DNA of 64,000 nucleotides from an uncultured Nitrospirales bacterium (GTDB lineage Bacteria; Hydrogenedentota; Hydrogenedentia; Hydrogenedentales; CAILVY01): NCBI GenBank assembly GCA_964474205.1, contig CAYYRW010000004.1, positions 67,050 to 131,049 of the forward strand, read 5' to 3'. Shown piece by piece: positions 9,979 to 20,023 of this stretch (position 1 is its first letter; each line of letters starts with the position of its first letter). The notes under the pieces were generated by a model. It saw only the letters and a program-made list of their open reading frames with translations, ran no database searches and was not told where the DNA came from. The position numbers and the translations under genes were made by a program.

Positions 9979-10581
9979 CTACACCGTCCGGTCCACCTTG
10001 CTCGAAAACACCGCCGATAACACATGCCGGACTTTTTTCACCGCGAGAATCTTCCGGGACCGCACGGTGTTTACCGGGCAATCCAGCGCCTTCGCGATAT
10101 CGTCAAGGGATAACCCATGGATGTTGCGCATCACAAACACCATGCGCTGCTCTTCGGGCAATTCTTCCAGGGCGGTCAGAATACGTTCCTGTACTTCGTT
10201 GCGCACCGCGCGGATGTCCGGGCCGTCCGCGGGATCAGCGGGCATTTGCCAAGGCTCGCATATGTCCTGGCATTGGCCAAGACGCCAGATTTTGCGCTGG
10301 GCGCGGCACCGTTCCAGCCAAATCATCCGTGCAATGCTGAATAAATAACCGGGAAAGGAGCCGGTGGCATTGTAGCGTTTTCGGACCCGCCAAATGCGCA
10401 AGAAGGTTTCCTGACATAAATCGTTGGCGGTGTGCGCATCGCCGCTCATCCCATAGAAGAAATTCAATACCCGGTGCTGGTAGCGCTCGTGCAAGGTGGT
10501 AAATGCACGTTCGCTGCCCTCGCGCACCTGGAGCATTAACGCAATGTCGGAAACCTGTACCGCCGGTTCCATGGGGTCCAT
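9979..10581 (-). CDS. ECF-type RNA polymerase sigma factor (sigma-70 family, sigma-24-like)
   Basis: Region 2 motifs (FLRIWRVRKRY, YLFSIARM) and region 4 HTH (LSLDDIAKALDCPVNTVRSR). Confidence 0.9.
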   Translation of the reverse strand: MDPMEPAVQVSDIALMLQVREGSERAFTTLHERYQHRVLNFFYGMSGDAHTANDLCQETFLRIWRVRKRYNATGSFPGYLFSIARMIWLERCRAQRKIWRLGQCQDICEPWQMPADPADGPDIRAVRNEVQERILTALEELPEEQRMVFVMRNIHGLSLDDIAKALDCPVNTVRSRKILAVKKVRHVLSAVFSSKVDRTV

Positions 10582-10647
10582 TGTCCTTTGTCAGGATAGT
10601 ATGTCCATTCTGGCAGAAAGCGATCAAATAAGAAAGGGGGAAAGTTA

Positions 10648-12504
10648 TCAGGCCTCGCCATAGTCCGGGAAGGCCGCCCCCGGCTCATCCATCCGGATGG
10701 GTTGGCCAAAGCGGGTGTATTGTTTCAGCACCAGGACCTTGTAGATGCGCCGGAACGACTCGATGATGACCACCACAACGCACAGCATGATGATAATGGT
10801 CAGTACGCAATCTATGGTTCCCACCATGAATTTTCCGGGTTGCTTGGTCAGGGGAAGATAATTGTGCACCACGTTCAGGTATCCCGCATACAGGGTGGTG
10901 ATGGTCAGAAAGACTTGAGGAATGAAGGTGGTCCAGGCATAGCGGGCTTTCCCGGCGTTGATGATGGCGGTGGTGGCGATGGCCAGGGCCGTGGTGGCCA
11001 GCAGTTGGTTGGCGGTGCCGAACATGGGCCAGATGGTGGAGATGGTGCCGCTCCAGATGAAGTAGGCCCACGCGCCCACGACAAAGGCGCTGGTCATCAG
11101 GGTGCCGGGCATCCAGTCGGTTTTCTGGAAGGGTTTATAGAGGCGGCCGAGGTATTCCTGGACCATGAACCGCCCGACGCGGGTACCGGTGTCGATGGTG
11201 GTGAGGATGAAGAGCGCTTCGAACATGATGGCGAAATGGTACCAATAGGACATGAGGGCCTTCATGCCGGGGAGGCCGGAGAAAATTTGGGCGAATCCGA
11301 CCGCCAGCGATACCGCGCCGCCGGGACGGCCCGCGACATTTTCGCCAACTTCCTTGGAAAGCTCTTCCAGGTTCACCGGGGTCATGTTCAGGGTGGCGAA
11401 TTTCTCGGGGGCAACATTGATCGCGAAATAATCCGCCGGGAACAGCGAGCAGGCGGCGATCAGGGCGATGACGCTCACGACGCATTCCGTCATCATGGCG
11501 CCAAAGCCGATAATGCGGGTATCCGATTCCTTGGTAATCATTTTCGGGGTGGTGCCGGAGCCGATGAGGGCGTGGAATCCGGAAATGGCGCCGCAGGCGA
11601 TGGTAATGAAAAGGAAGGGAAACAACTGGCCGGGAATGATGGGGCCGCCGCCGTGCATGAATTGCGTGTTCAGCGCGGGCATCTTCAGGGTGGGATGCAC
11701 CATGAACACCCCGCCGATCAGAAGAGCGATGGTCCCGATTTTCAAATAGGAACTCAAATAATCGCGCGGGCACAGCAGCATCCACACCGGCAACACGGAG
11801 GCAATGAACCCATAGAGGGCAATGGCGATCACAATGCCGTTCCGGGACAGCGTGAAATAGGGCGCCAGAAACGAACCGGGAACCATTCCGCCGATGATTA
11901 CGGCCAAAAGCACGCCCGTGACGCCGACCGCGCTGGCTTCCGCGATTTTCCCGGGGCGGATGCGGTACATCCACAGGCCGGTAAGCAGCGCCATCGGGAT
12001 CGTCATTGCGATGGTGAACGTGCCCCAGGAGCTTTCCGCGAGGGCGTTGACCACGGCAAGGCCCAATCCCGCCAGCGCCACGATAATGATGATGATGACG
12101 GCCACGGAGGCAATCGCTCCGGCCATGGGGCTGACTTCATGGCGCGCAATTTCGGCCAGCGATTTGCCGTCCCGGCGCACGGAGGCCACCAGAATCATGA
12201 AATCATGCACGCCGCCCGCAATGACCGCGCCCAGCATCAGCCAGAGCAACCCAGGGGCATAGCCAAACTGCGCGGCCAGCACGGGTCCAATCAACGGCCC
12301 CGCGCCCGAGATGGCGGCGAAGTGGTGCCCGAATAACACATATTTATTCGTGGGATGGTAGTTGGTGCCATCGCACAAGGTTTCGCTGGGCACCTTGCGG
12401 CGATCATCCAAGGCCAGGATTTTCGCGGCAATAAAAGCGCTGTAATAACGATAGGCCAATACCGTGAGCAGCAATACCCCTATCACAATCGGAACCGCGT
12501 TCAT
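10648..12504 (-). CDS. cstA: Carbon starvation protein A (peptide/pyruvate transporter family)
   Basis: 618-aa polytopic membrane protein. The N-terminus ...[17 protein letters not shown]...[36 protein letters not shown] matches the conserved CstA signature. Confidence 0.9.
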   Translation of the reverse strand: MNAVPIVIGVLLLTVLAYRYYSAFIAAKILALDDRRKVPSETLCDGTNYHPTNKYVLFGHHFAAISGAGPLIGPVLAAQFGYAPGLLWLMLGAVIAGGVHDFMILVASVRRDGKSLAEIARHEVSPMAGAIASVAVIIIIIVALAGLGLAVVNALAESSWGTFTIAMTIPMALLTGLWMYRIRPGKIAEASAVGVTGVLLAVIIGGMVPGSFLAPYFTLSRNGIVIAIALYGFIASVLPVWMLLCPRDYLSSYLKIGTIALLIGGVFMVHPTLKMPALNTQFMHGGGPIIPGQLFPFLFITIACGAISGFHALIGSGTTPKMITKESDTRIIGFGAMMTECVVSVIALIAACSLFPADYFAINVAPEKFATLNMTPVNLEELSKEVGENVAGRPGGAVSLAVGFAQIFSGLPGMKALMSYWYHFAIMFEALFILTTIDTGTRVGRFMVQEYLGRLYKPFQKTDWMPGTLMTSAFVVGAWAYFIWSGTISTIWPMFGTANQLLATTALAIATTAIINAGKARYAWTTFIPQVFLTITTLYAGYLNVVHNYLPLTKQPGKFMVGTIDCVLTIIIMLCVVVVIIESFRRIYKVLVLKQYTRFGQPIRMDEPGAAFPDYGEA

Positions 12505-13306
12505 ACATTCCTCCCTTTTCTCTCAAGTATTCAATTCACACCATGAAAAACTATGGGCAAATTGTAGCAACTCTTCGCCGGTATCACAACACGCCCGCCC
12601 GCCGAAAAGGGGTTGCTTGGAGTTGGATTTTCAGAGGAGAGCGAGGAGAAGAGGCGGGTGAGGAGCGGCGCGGGTTGTTTTACGATGATGCCGAAGGCGC
12701 TGAAGTGGGTGGTTTCGCCCCGGATGCACCGGACGATGGTTGACGAAACGCGATTGGGAAGTTTGAAAATATACATGAACAATAGGGCTTTGGTAGAATG
12801 CATGCATGGCACGAATAGCGCGTTTGGAGCACGGTGTGGATAAAGATATGGGTCCGAAACAAACGTGGTCCCATAGGCCCAAGGAAACAGCATAATTGCG
12901 TATGGTGTCCAACGAATTGAAAGAGAATCCTTCACAAAAAGCGTGTTACCGGGCGTGTTAACCGGGTGGAAATAGTGATTGGCGCATTGGCCATCGCACC
13001 CGTCCTGGTGTTGTATGCCCTTTCCAAACTGGTTTATCCGTGCGATTGACCGGTACATCATATACACGCAACCCTGCGCCATCCTGGCCGCGGTGATGGG
13101 CTGTGGCGTTCTCGGACGCCGCGCCAGCGCACTGCTCAACGGGCTTCTCATGGTTCTTTTTCTGGCGCAGTTTACGGCCGTTGACAGGCCGTTTCGCCTT
13201 GATTGGAATAAAATCATACGCACGGTCAATGATGGCAGGCCCGTGTTGGTTTCCCCCCCCATGAACGGCAAACCCTGAAACCCCCCTTGCCCTGCCGCCC
13301 ATTGGC

Positions 13307-13510
13307 GTGGACATGCCGGGCTTCCAAGCCTATCTCCGCACCCATGCGGCGCGGTTGCACCAGAAGGGCGGTTGGTTTATTAAAGTCAGCGGCGCCTCCG
13401 GCGCCCTCGAGCCGTTTTTATCGGCCATTGAATCCAGTGGTTTTTCCATTGCGCGGACCGAGCGTGTGCGGGGGAATTTCACCACCATTCATGTGTATCT
13501 TATCCACTGA
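13307..13510 (+). CDS. Small hypothetical protein (67 aa) within a 1-kb apparently non-coding gap
   Basis: Only protein-like ORF in 12505-13534 (MDMPGFQAYLRTHAARLHQKGGWFIKVSGASGALEPF...). Weak RBS and no recognisable family; could be spurious. Confidence 0.25.
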   Translation: MDMPGFQAYLRTHAARLHQKGGWFIKVSGASGALEPFLSAIESSGFSIARTERVRGNFTTIHVYLIH

Positions 13511-13534
13511 TACCCGGTTTTTCCGGCGATTTGG

Positions 13535-14404
13535 TTAAATCAGCTTCAGGCCTTTGAGAATGGGATCGAGGCGTTCGGCGGAGCTTTGCGACATGGGGAC
13601 CAGCGGGAGGCGCAGCACATTTTCAATCAGCCCCATTTTCGCCAGGGCGGCCTTCACCGGCATGGGGTTGGTCTCGAAGAACAGGCCTTTGAAGAGCGGC
13701 ATGAGTTGGTAATGGATTTCGCGCGCGGCGGCAAAATCGCCCGCATTGGCCTTGGCGCACAGGGCCGCGACTTCCCCCGGCACAACATTCGCCGCGACCG
13801 ATACGACACCGGTCCCGCCGACGGCCATCATCGGGAGGGTAAGGCTGTCGTCGCCGGACATCACGATAATGTCGCACAGGCTCTTGATCTGCGACACTTG
13901 GTCCACGCTTCCCGCGGCTTCCTTGATGGAGACGATGTTGGGCAGTTTGTTCAGTTCGGCGACGGTTTTCGGGTCCATGTTCATGCCGGTGCGGCTGGGC
14001 ACGTTGTAGAGCATGATGGGGATGTCCACCGCGTTGGCGATGGTGGTGTAATGCGCGATTTGGCCCGCGGCGGTGGGTTTGTTGTAATACGGCATGATCA
14101 GGAGCGCGGCATCGGCGTTGACCTCTTTGGCGTACTTGGTGAGGTCCACCGCCTCGCGCGTATTGTTCGAGCCGGCGCCGGCAATGACGGCCACGCGTCC
14201 GGCAATGCGTTCGACGGCGAAGCGGATGCATTTTTTCTGTTCCTCGTGGGAAAGGGTGGCGGCTTCGCCCGTGCACCCGCAGGGCACGATGCCGTTGGTG
14301 CCGTTCTCGATCTGGAAATCGATCAGGCGCCCATAGGCGTCGAAATCGATCTCGAAATTGGGTTTGAAGGGCGTCACCAGCGCGACGATGGAACCGCGAA
14401 ACAT
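13535..14404 (-). CDS. dapA: 4-hydroxy-tetrahydrodipicolinate synthase
   Basis: GSIVALVTPF, IVPCGCTGEAATLS and the Schiff-base lysine context (SIKEA..) are classic DapA/NAL-family motifs. 289 aa. Confidence 0.95.
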   Translation of the reverse strand: MFRGSIVALVTPFKPNFEIDFDAYGRLIDFQIENGTNGIVPCGCTGEAATLSHEEQKKCIRFAVERIAGRVAVIAGAGSNNTREAVDLTKYAKEVNADAALLIMPYYNKPTAAGQIAHYTTIANAVDIPIMLYNVPSRTGMNMDPKTVAELNKLPNIVSIKEAAGSVDQVSQIKSLCDIIVMSGDDSLTLPMMAVGGTGVVSVAANVVPGEVAALCAKANAGDFAAAREIHYQLMPLFKGLFFETNPMPVKAALAKMGLIENVLRLPLVPMSQSSAERLDPILKGLKLI

Positions 14405-14551
14405 AGCATTCTTCTCCTGGTTGAGCCAGGCGCTCCGGCCTGGGGGTTGACTCCGTTTGGGGCTTTGCCCGTTGCTGAATCGTGCATTGTAGGGACCAAG
14501 GACGCGGAAAACAAGATTTATCCTACCCGGATCCCATGCGCACCGCCTTCC

Positions 14552-15997
14552 TCAGAAGGGCGTATCATCTTCAAATTCTTCCGGAACATAATCCACATCA
14601 TAGTCGCGGGTGCCCGAGGTCTCCTTGCCGCCCACGCCTTCCGCCAGCATCCCGAACCGCTGGATGTTCTTTTCAAACACCAAGTCCACAAACCCCGTGG
14701 GGCCGTTGCGTTGTTTGGCGATATGCAGACGGACATGGTTTTCGCTGGCCGCGTCCTTTTCCCGGGGGCGCGTCAGCATCAACACCACGTCGGCGTCTTG
14801 TTCAATCGCTCCGGATTCCCGCAAATGCGCCAGTTTGGGCGTGCCCGACTCGTCTTTTTCCGCTTCGCGGCTGAGTTGGGAAAGGGCAATCACCGGTACG
14901 CGCAGTTCGCGGGCCAGTCCTTTGATGGACCGCGAAATCTCGGCGATTTCCACCTGCCGGTTTTCCGAACGGGTGGCCCCGGTCATAAGCTGGAGGTAAT
15001 CCACGATGATGAGGTCCACCTCGCGCTGCGCCGCGTGCCGCCGGGCCTTGGAGCGCAGCTCGAGCACGCTGATGCCGGGGGTTTCATCAATGTAGAAATT
15101 CGCCCGGCTCAACAGCGCCGCCGCCTGTTGCAGTTTGGGAAATTCATTGTGCGCGAGATACCCGGAGCGCAGCCGCGCGGAATCCACGTGCCCCACCAGG
15201 CACAGCATGCGCTGCACCAGTTGTTCTTTCGCCATTTCCAGGCTGAACAGCAGCGCGCCTTTGTTCAGGTGGTTGCACACATGGGCTGCGACATTCAGCG
15301 CGAACGCCGTTTTTCCCACCGAGGGCCGGGCCGCGAGGACAATCATGTCGGATTTTTGAAACCCGGAGAGCATTTCGTCGAGTTTCGAGAAACCGCTGGC
15401 GATCCCCGTGATGCCCGACGATTTCATCTGCGCTTCGATGCGCTCGATGCCTTCCTCGAGCAGATCGCCGATTTTATGGATGGGATTGAGCTGGCGCTTT
15501 TCCGCAATATTGAAAATATCGCTCTCGGCGCGGTCCAGCAGCGTGTCCACCTCCACCTGCGGCTTGTAGGCGTCCCCGGCAATGCGCGTGCACGTGGCGA
15601 TGAGCTTCCGGAGCAGCGCCGCCTCCATCACCAGCCGCGCGTAATACTCGACATTGGCCGAGGTGGGCACGGCGCCCGTCAGGTCGGCGATATAGGCGCC
15701 GCCCCCCGCCGCTTCCAGCGTGGCATTCCGGTTCAGTTGCTCGATGACCGTGGTGGTGTCGACCGGAATGTTGCGCTGAAACAACACCAGCGCGGCCTCG
15801 TAGATGTGCTGGTGCGCTTCGACATAAAAGGTGTCCGCCGGCTGGTCCCGCAGAATTTCCACGGCGGCGCCGACGGCGTCCGGACTCAACAGCATGGCCC
15901 CGAGGACGGAACGCTCCGCCTCTATGCTTTGCGGGGGGGTGCGGTCGAAGACCGCCGCGCCCCCGGCCGATGCGCGGGGCTCATGCCGGTCCGACAC
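14552..15997 (-). CDS. dnaB: Replicative DNA helicase DnaB
   Basis: N-terminal PPQSIEAERSVLGAMLL, Walker A ARPSVGKTAFALN and C-terminal RecA-like motifs. The ORF is open to 16072 but would overlap rplI by 74 nt. A GTG at 15995-15997 lies 1 nt after the rplI stop and gives a typical ~480-aa DnaB. Confidence 0.9.
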   Translation of the reverse strand: MSDRHEPRASAGGAAVFDRTPPQSIEAERSVLGAMLLSPDAVGAAVEILRDQPADTFYVEAHQHIYEAALVLFQRNIPVDTTTVIEQLNRNATLEAAGGGAYIADLTGAVPTSANVEYYARLVMEAALLRKLIATCTRIAGDAYKPQVEVDTLLDRAESDIFNIAEKRQLNPIHKIGDLLEEGIERIEAQMKSSGITGIASGFSKLDEMLSGFQKSDMIVLAARPSVGKTAFALNVAAHVCNHLNKGALLFSLEMAKEQLVQRMLCLVGHVDSARLRSGYLAHNEFPKLQQAAALLSRANFYIDETPGISVLELRSKARRHAAQREVDLIIVDYLQLMTGATRSENRQVEIAEISRSIKGLARELRVPVIALSQLSREAEKDESGTPKLAHLRESGAIEQDADVVLMLTRPREKDAASENHVRLHIAKQRNGPTGFVDLVFEKNIQRFGMLAEGVGGKETSGTRDYDVDYVPEEFEDDTPF

Positions 15998-15998
15998 C

Positions 15999-16478
15999 TT
16001 ATTCGGTTCCTTCGGGCGCTGCTTCTGTTTCCTCGGCGAGTTTGCTGACCCAGACCTTGACCTGGGCTTCAATGCCGCTGCCCAGTTTCACCGGGACGGT
16101 AAAAATGCCCAGCGATTTGATGGGTTCGTCGAGGTGGATTGATTTGCGGTCCACCGCATGCCCCATCTCCTGAAGCTTTTCGGCAATCATCACGTTGGTG
16201 ACCGAACCGAAGAGTTTGTCCTCTTCGCCGGCCCGCATCTGGAATTCCGTCGTTACGCCGTCAATCTGCTTGGCAAACTTGGTCAGTTCCGCGCGGCGCT
16301 TGTCTTCCTTGCGCTTGATGATCGCCAGTTCATGCTCGATCTGCTTGGCCGTGGCGGAATCCGCGCCCACCGCCAGCTTGCGCGGGATCAGATAATTGCG
16401 CGCATAGCCGTCGGCTACTTTCACCGTGGCGCCCATCGCGCCCAGATTCTCGACGTCCTCACACAAGATAACCTTCAT
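15999..16478 (-). CDS. rplI: 50S ribosomal protein L9
   Basis: MKVILCEDVENLGAMGATVKVADGYARNYLIPRKLAV is the near-universal L9 N-domain sequence. 159 aa. Confidence 0.95.
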   Translation of the reverse strand: MKVILCEDVENLGAMGATVKVADGYARNYLIPRKLAVGADSATAKQIEHELAIIKRKEDKRRAELTKFAKQIDGVTTEFQMRAGEEDKLFGSVTNVMIAEKLQEMGHAVDRKSIHLDEPIKSLGIFTVPVKLGSGIEAQVKVWVSKLAEETEAAPEGTE

Positions 16479-16499
16479 GGCACTCCTGCTCCTTGTTGC

Positions 16500-17444
16500 T
16501 CAAGTTTCATTATCCCCGGGCGGCCGGTTGAGCCGGGCCTGCGCCGCGCGGGCGAACCGCAGGCGGAAATCCCACCAGGTGTCGAAAAACCCGATGGCGC
16601 ACAGCATCGGCTGCAAATTCAAATAAAACAACCCGAGAATAATCGTGTAAAACAGGAACGGGTTCAGTTTGAACGCATTCATCGCGAAAAGCAAAATCGA
16701 AAACCCGTTCACCCAATATACAAAGGCCAACCCGACCGCGCTGTTCCATGTCACCATGCGCAGCGTGTCGTTCGGCCAACGCCGATCCAAAAACCACAGG
16801 GCCGCCAGGAAAATGGCCAGCCATACCAGCCACTCCGGCGTGCGCATTTCCCGGAAAAACCCGCGCAGCGTTTCCGCGCCCAGCCGGTGCAGCCGGCCCG
16901 TCACCAGCGCCACCGCCGTTACCGCGCCCAGAAACATGGTGCCGAACACCATGCCCAGACTCAGGTAGGGCCAGTTCACGTCCAGCCACTTCAGCATCTC
17001 CACCGCCGCGGCCTGCGTGACGTTTTCACCGGCCCCGGCGGCCGCCGGAAGTTCCGCGATCCGGGCATTCAGCCAGATGGTGGCTTCGTGCCGCGCTTCT
17101 TCCCAATGGCTCAGCATGCCTGCCGCCATCAGGGGAAACGCCAGCGCCGTTACCACCGCCACGCATTGCCCGAAGGACCACCGCCGCCGCGAGGCCACGC
17201 CAATCACCAGCCCCACCGCCGCCGTGAGACCATACACCGCCACCACGGGCGCGGACAGCGTCGTCCAGGCCGCCGCCAGCGCGGCGCAGGCCACCAGCCC
17301 GCGGCTCCGCCGATGCAGGCCCAGCGCTTCGTAAAGCGCCACCGGCACGGGAAACACCACCATGGCCAGCGGATGCAACCCGCTTGCGGCACAGCCGCTG
17401 GCCACGGCAAACAGTCCCGTGAATACTATGCAGTACACCCACAT
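16500..17444 (-). CDS. DUF2232-family polytopic membrane protein (YybS-like)
   Basis: About 314 aa with 8+ predicted TM helices. Located between rpsR and rplI, exactly where yybS (DUF2232) sits in Firmicutes. Confidence 0.55.
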   Translation of the reverse strand: MWVYCIVFTGLFAVASGCAASGLHPLAMVVFPVPVALYEALGLHRRSRGLVACAALAAAWTTLSAPVVAVYGLTAAVGLVIGVASRRRWSFGQCVAVVTALAFPLMAAGMLSHWEEARHEATIWLNARIAELPAAAGAGENVTQAAAVEMLKWLDVNWPYLSLGMVFGTMFLGAVTAVALVTGRLHRLGAETLRGFFREMRTPEWLVWLAIFLAALWFLDRRWPNDTLRMVTWNSAVGLAFVYWVNGFSILLFAMNAFKLNPFLFYTIILGLFYLNLQPMLCAIGFFDTWWDFRLRFARAAQARLNRPPGDNET

Positions 17445-17471
17445 GGCCGATACCCGGGCCCGGTTTCCCGG

Positions 17472-17753
17472 TCAGTCCGACACATACGGCAGCAGCGCAA
17501 TCTGCCGCGCCAGTTTGATGGCGCGCGTCAGCATCCGCTGATGCCGGGCACTCGCTCCCGTGATTCGCCGGGGGATAATCTTGCCACGCTCCGTTACATA
17601 ATGCTTGAGCATGGCCACGTCTTTATAGTCAATGTACACCACCCGGTCCACCGTCAACCGGCAGACCTTGGTGCGCAGCGGCTTTTTCTTCTTTCTGCGC
17701 TTGGACCGCTTTAAGCGGACCTTTGCTTTGGCTTTCGCCGAGATTTTCGCCAT
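17472..17753 (-). CDS. rpsR: 30S ribosomal protein S18
   Basis: ...[72 protein letters not shown], a canonical S18. Confidence 0.95.
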   Translation of the reverse strand: MAKISAKAKAKVRLKRSKRRKKKKPLRTKVCRLTVDRVVYIDYKDVAMLKHYVTERGKIIPRRITGASARHQRMLTRAIKLARQIALLPYVSD

Positions 17754-17809
17754 GGATTGCTTGTTCCTCTATAAAAGAAGCGCGCGGCCTCTAGTACGTT
17801 TCAAACGGG

Positions 17810-18262
17810 TTAAAACGGGATGTCGTCCTCCGGCGGGGGCTCATCAATGATCCGGGGTTCCGGCGCGGGCCGTCCCTCGGCGGGAGGCGCGGAACGCGCA
17901 CCGCGCCCATCATCCTCCCAGTCCAGCGGGGTTACCCGCTGGGCGTCCAATTCCAGGCGGCTCACCTTCTGACCGGTGTTCTTGTCCTCGAAGTCATAGC
18001 TGCGCAGCCGTGCCTCGAGCAACACCGGGCGGCCCTTTTTCAAGCGCTCGCCCATCCATTCCGCCTGCTTGTCCCAAACGGAAACGCTCACGAACGTGGT
18101 GTCTTCCCGGCGTTCGCCTTCCTTGGATTTGTAATAGCGGGTGTTCGCGATGCTGAACCGGCAATACGCCCGGCCCGAACTCGTGTACTTCAACTCCGGG
18201 TCGCGCGTCAACCGGCCCGCGATAAACACTCGGTTCAAATCAGGTACGCGGAGGTCGCTCAT
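17810..18262 (-). CDS. ssb: Single-stranded DNA-binding protein
   Basis: OB-fold core (NRVFIAGRLTRDPELKYTSSGRAYCRFSIA...TTFVSVSVWDKQAE) and acidic C-terminal tail ending DDIPF. Confidence 0.95.
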   Translation of the reverse strand: MSDLRVPDLNRVFIAGRLTRDPELKYTSSGRAYCRFSIANTRYYKSKEGERREDTTFVSVSVWDKQAEWMGERLKKGRPVLLEARLRSYDFEDKNTGQKVSRLELDAQRVTPLDWEDDGRGARSAPPAEGRPAPEPRIIDEPPPEDDIPF

Positions 18263-18280
18263 ACGTTTTCCCCTGTTCCG

Positions 18281-18748
18281 TTACTCGTTATAGTCGTCTT
18301 CGTCATCGTCCTCATCCAAATCGCGGCGGGAACGGCGTCCCACGGCAATCGGAATGGGGTCATCCTCGTCATCATCATCTTCGCTGCGGCGGCGAGACAT
18401 CGCTCCCGCGCGGATTTCTTCCTCACGGCGGCGTTGCTGCTCCGCTTCCAATTGCAGGGTGTGCTCATCAAAGTAGACCACGAGATAACGGATTATCGCT
18501 TCAGAAAGCTTGAAATAGCCCTCCAACCGCGCGACAAATTCCGGATTGGCCGTGAAGCGAAGCAGCACGTAGTTGCCTTCCGTATGCTTCTTCACGATAT
18601 AGGCCATCTTTCGCCGGCCCCAGTTTTCCGAGCGCACAATAGTCCCGCCATTCTTGGTTACCAGCGTTTCAACGTCCGTGACTATCGTCTGGATGCCATC
18701 GTCGTCCACTTCGGGCGACACGATGTACAGCGCTTCGTAAGTTCTCAA
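18281..18748 (-). CDS. rpsF: 30S ribosomal protein S6 with acidic C-terminal extension
   Basis: RTYEALYIVSPEVDDDGIQTIV...NWGRRKMAYIVKKHTEGNYVLL, a canonical S6. GGAGGTG RBS followed by a TTG start at 18748 (ORF extends to 18823). Poly-D/E tail. Confidence 0.9.
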   Translation of the reverse strand: MRTYEALYIVSPEVDDDGIQTIVTDVETLVTKNGGTIVRSENWGRRKMAYIVKKHTEGNYVLLRFTANPEFVARLEGYFKLSEAIIRYLVVYFDEHTLQLEAEQQRRREEEIRAGAMSRRRSEDDDDEDDPIPIAVGRRSRRDLDEDDDEDDYNE

Positions 18749-18903
18749 CTGACTGTCACCTCCTTTACAAGGGATATTGCTTTCCGTTATGGAAAGGCTT
18801 GATTGAGTTGGGCATCTTACCAAATAACCGGCATCCGGGGCAACTTTTCCATTAATATCGTTGTCACCGCCTTGAGCACAGGTGTTTCCCCAGCAACCCT
18901 CAC

Positions 18904-19770
18904 TCAGATCAAATCAAGCTTCAAAAGGGCGGCCACCTCTTTTTTATACAATTCAAATTTAACTGCATTCTCGACGCAGGCATTTGTCTCTTCGCACCGG
19001 CTTCGGAGAATGCCTTGTATTAGAGGTACCGGCATCTTTTTGTGCGCATTTTTAATAATGGTCGTTGCAATTGATTTACGCATATCCAAGGTTACACGCT
19101 TCAAATGATTTGTGCTTGCGTCAAGGTCTTTTTGGGATTCATCGGATTTGCCGAGTAAATGAAACCGGTAGCCACGGGAAAAATGTGTTAGAAACTGCAT
19201 AAATTCCGCCATCGTCTGAATCGGTGAATGAAAGATTTTAATTCTTCCCCCGCATATTTCATAGAAGGTGTCAAGCTGTTTGAAGGCCAACCTCGACTCT
19301 TCAATGGCCCGTCGTAAGTGCTCAGTGGTTGCCGATTCCACGTTCCAAAGCGAATCCTGCCCGGCTCTTATCATGAGTTGCCTCAGCATCGCATCCTGTG
19401 GTTCAGTTCCATCCATTTCGCATAGCCTGTGATGCCGTTCAATAATGACTCCCGGCGAAACTCCATTGTTGTCAAATTCAGGGAATGTGGCCTCTCTTGA
19501 CACGCCCAACTTCAGCAGGGCATGGTGATATTCAACCTGAATTTGGACAATATACTCGAAGAACTGTCTGACAATTTGATCCAGTATGCCTGGTTCACTG
19601 TCTTCCGCTGGCAGCAGATTAAAAACAAAGGGCAACACTTTTGCACGAAATGCGCTATACGCGCGCTCCCCCCGGATAATGGCCAGCTTGCACTCGACAG
19701 GATCTCCATAAAAGGTGTAAAGACAAAGTAATCTGTTCCTGACAGTTCTGTATCGCTCCAATGATGACAT
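18904..19770 (-). CDS. Hypothetical 288-aa protein of the low-GC islet (no family recognised; possibly alpha-helical effector of a two-gene TA/defense module)
   Basis: Long uninterrupted ORF with foreign composition. Contains one Rx4H element (GGRIKIFH) that could be a HEPN-like motif, which is weak evidence. No Walker, NTase, PIN or TIR motifs seen. Confidence 0.5.
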   Translation of the reverse strand: MSSLERYRTVRNRLLCLYTFYGDPVECKLAIIRGERAYSAFRAKVLPFVFNLLPAEDSEPGILDQIVRQFFEYIVQIQVEYHHALLKLGVSREATFPEFDNNGVSPGVIIERHHRLCEMDGTEPQDAMLRQLMIRAGQDSLWNVESATTEHLRRAIEESRLAFKQLDTFYEICGGRIKIFHSPIQTMAEFMQFLTHFSRGYRFHLLGKSDESQKDLDASTNHLKRVTLDMRKSIATTIIKNAHKKMPVPLIQGILRSRCEETNACVENAVKFELYKKEVAALLKLDLI

Positions 19771-19822
19771 GCGTATCCCCTCGTTAGGTCCTATACAACG
19801 CCCTGATTAAGGATGGATGAGG

Positions 19823-20023
19823 CTATTCACAAAAGCCGGCAAGGAGTGCATCAATATCCCTTATGGCCCTTAACTCACACGGTTCCGTTTGAAAAGGAGC
19901 CTCCGGCAGGATGGTTCCATGCTGTTCCATGAGAGCGGCCGGGTCCGACGCGCCCATCATGGAATCAAAATCCTGTTGCTTCACCTCAAAAAACGGCAAT
20001 TCAATGCTAAACACATCGCTCAT
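19823..20023 (-). CDS. Small acidic hypothetical protein (66 aa), upstream partner of the 288-aa islet protein
   Basis: GGGGAGA RBS 6 nt before ATG at 20023 (MSDVFSIELPFFEVKQQDFDSMM...). Acidic (pI low), intermediate GC. 52-nt gap to the downstream gene. Confidence 0.4.
   Translation of the reverse strand: MSDVFSIELPFFEVKQQDFDSMMGASDPAALMEQHGTILPEAPFQTEPCELRAIRDIDALLAGFCE

Noticed and set aside
12860-12895. Possible SRP (4.5S) RNA domain IV-like segment (aggcccaaggaaacagca)
   Set aside because: Only loose similarity to the AGGUCCGGAAGGAAGCAGCC consensus, the surrounding helix is not evident, and the AT-rich context is unlike structured RNAs in this GC-rich genome. Needs Infernal before any call.
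13586-16048. 820-aa plus-strand ORF, and similar very long ORFs at 8048-9556, 10702-12336, 16158-17714, 21521-23491, 35679-36764, 45613-46491 and 51833-53008
   Set aside because: All lie antisense to, or frame-shifted over, genes with unmistakable conserved products (dapA/dnaB, cstA, carB and others). Their translations are Arg/Gly/His/Pro-rich low-complexity sequences typical of GC-driven stop-codon depletion. No RBS or family signal.
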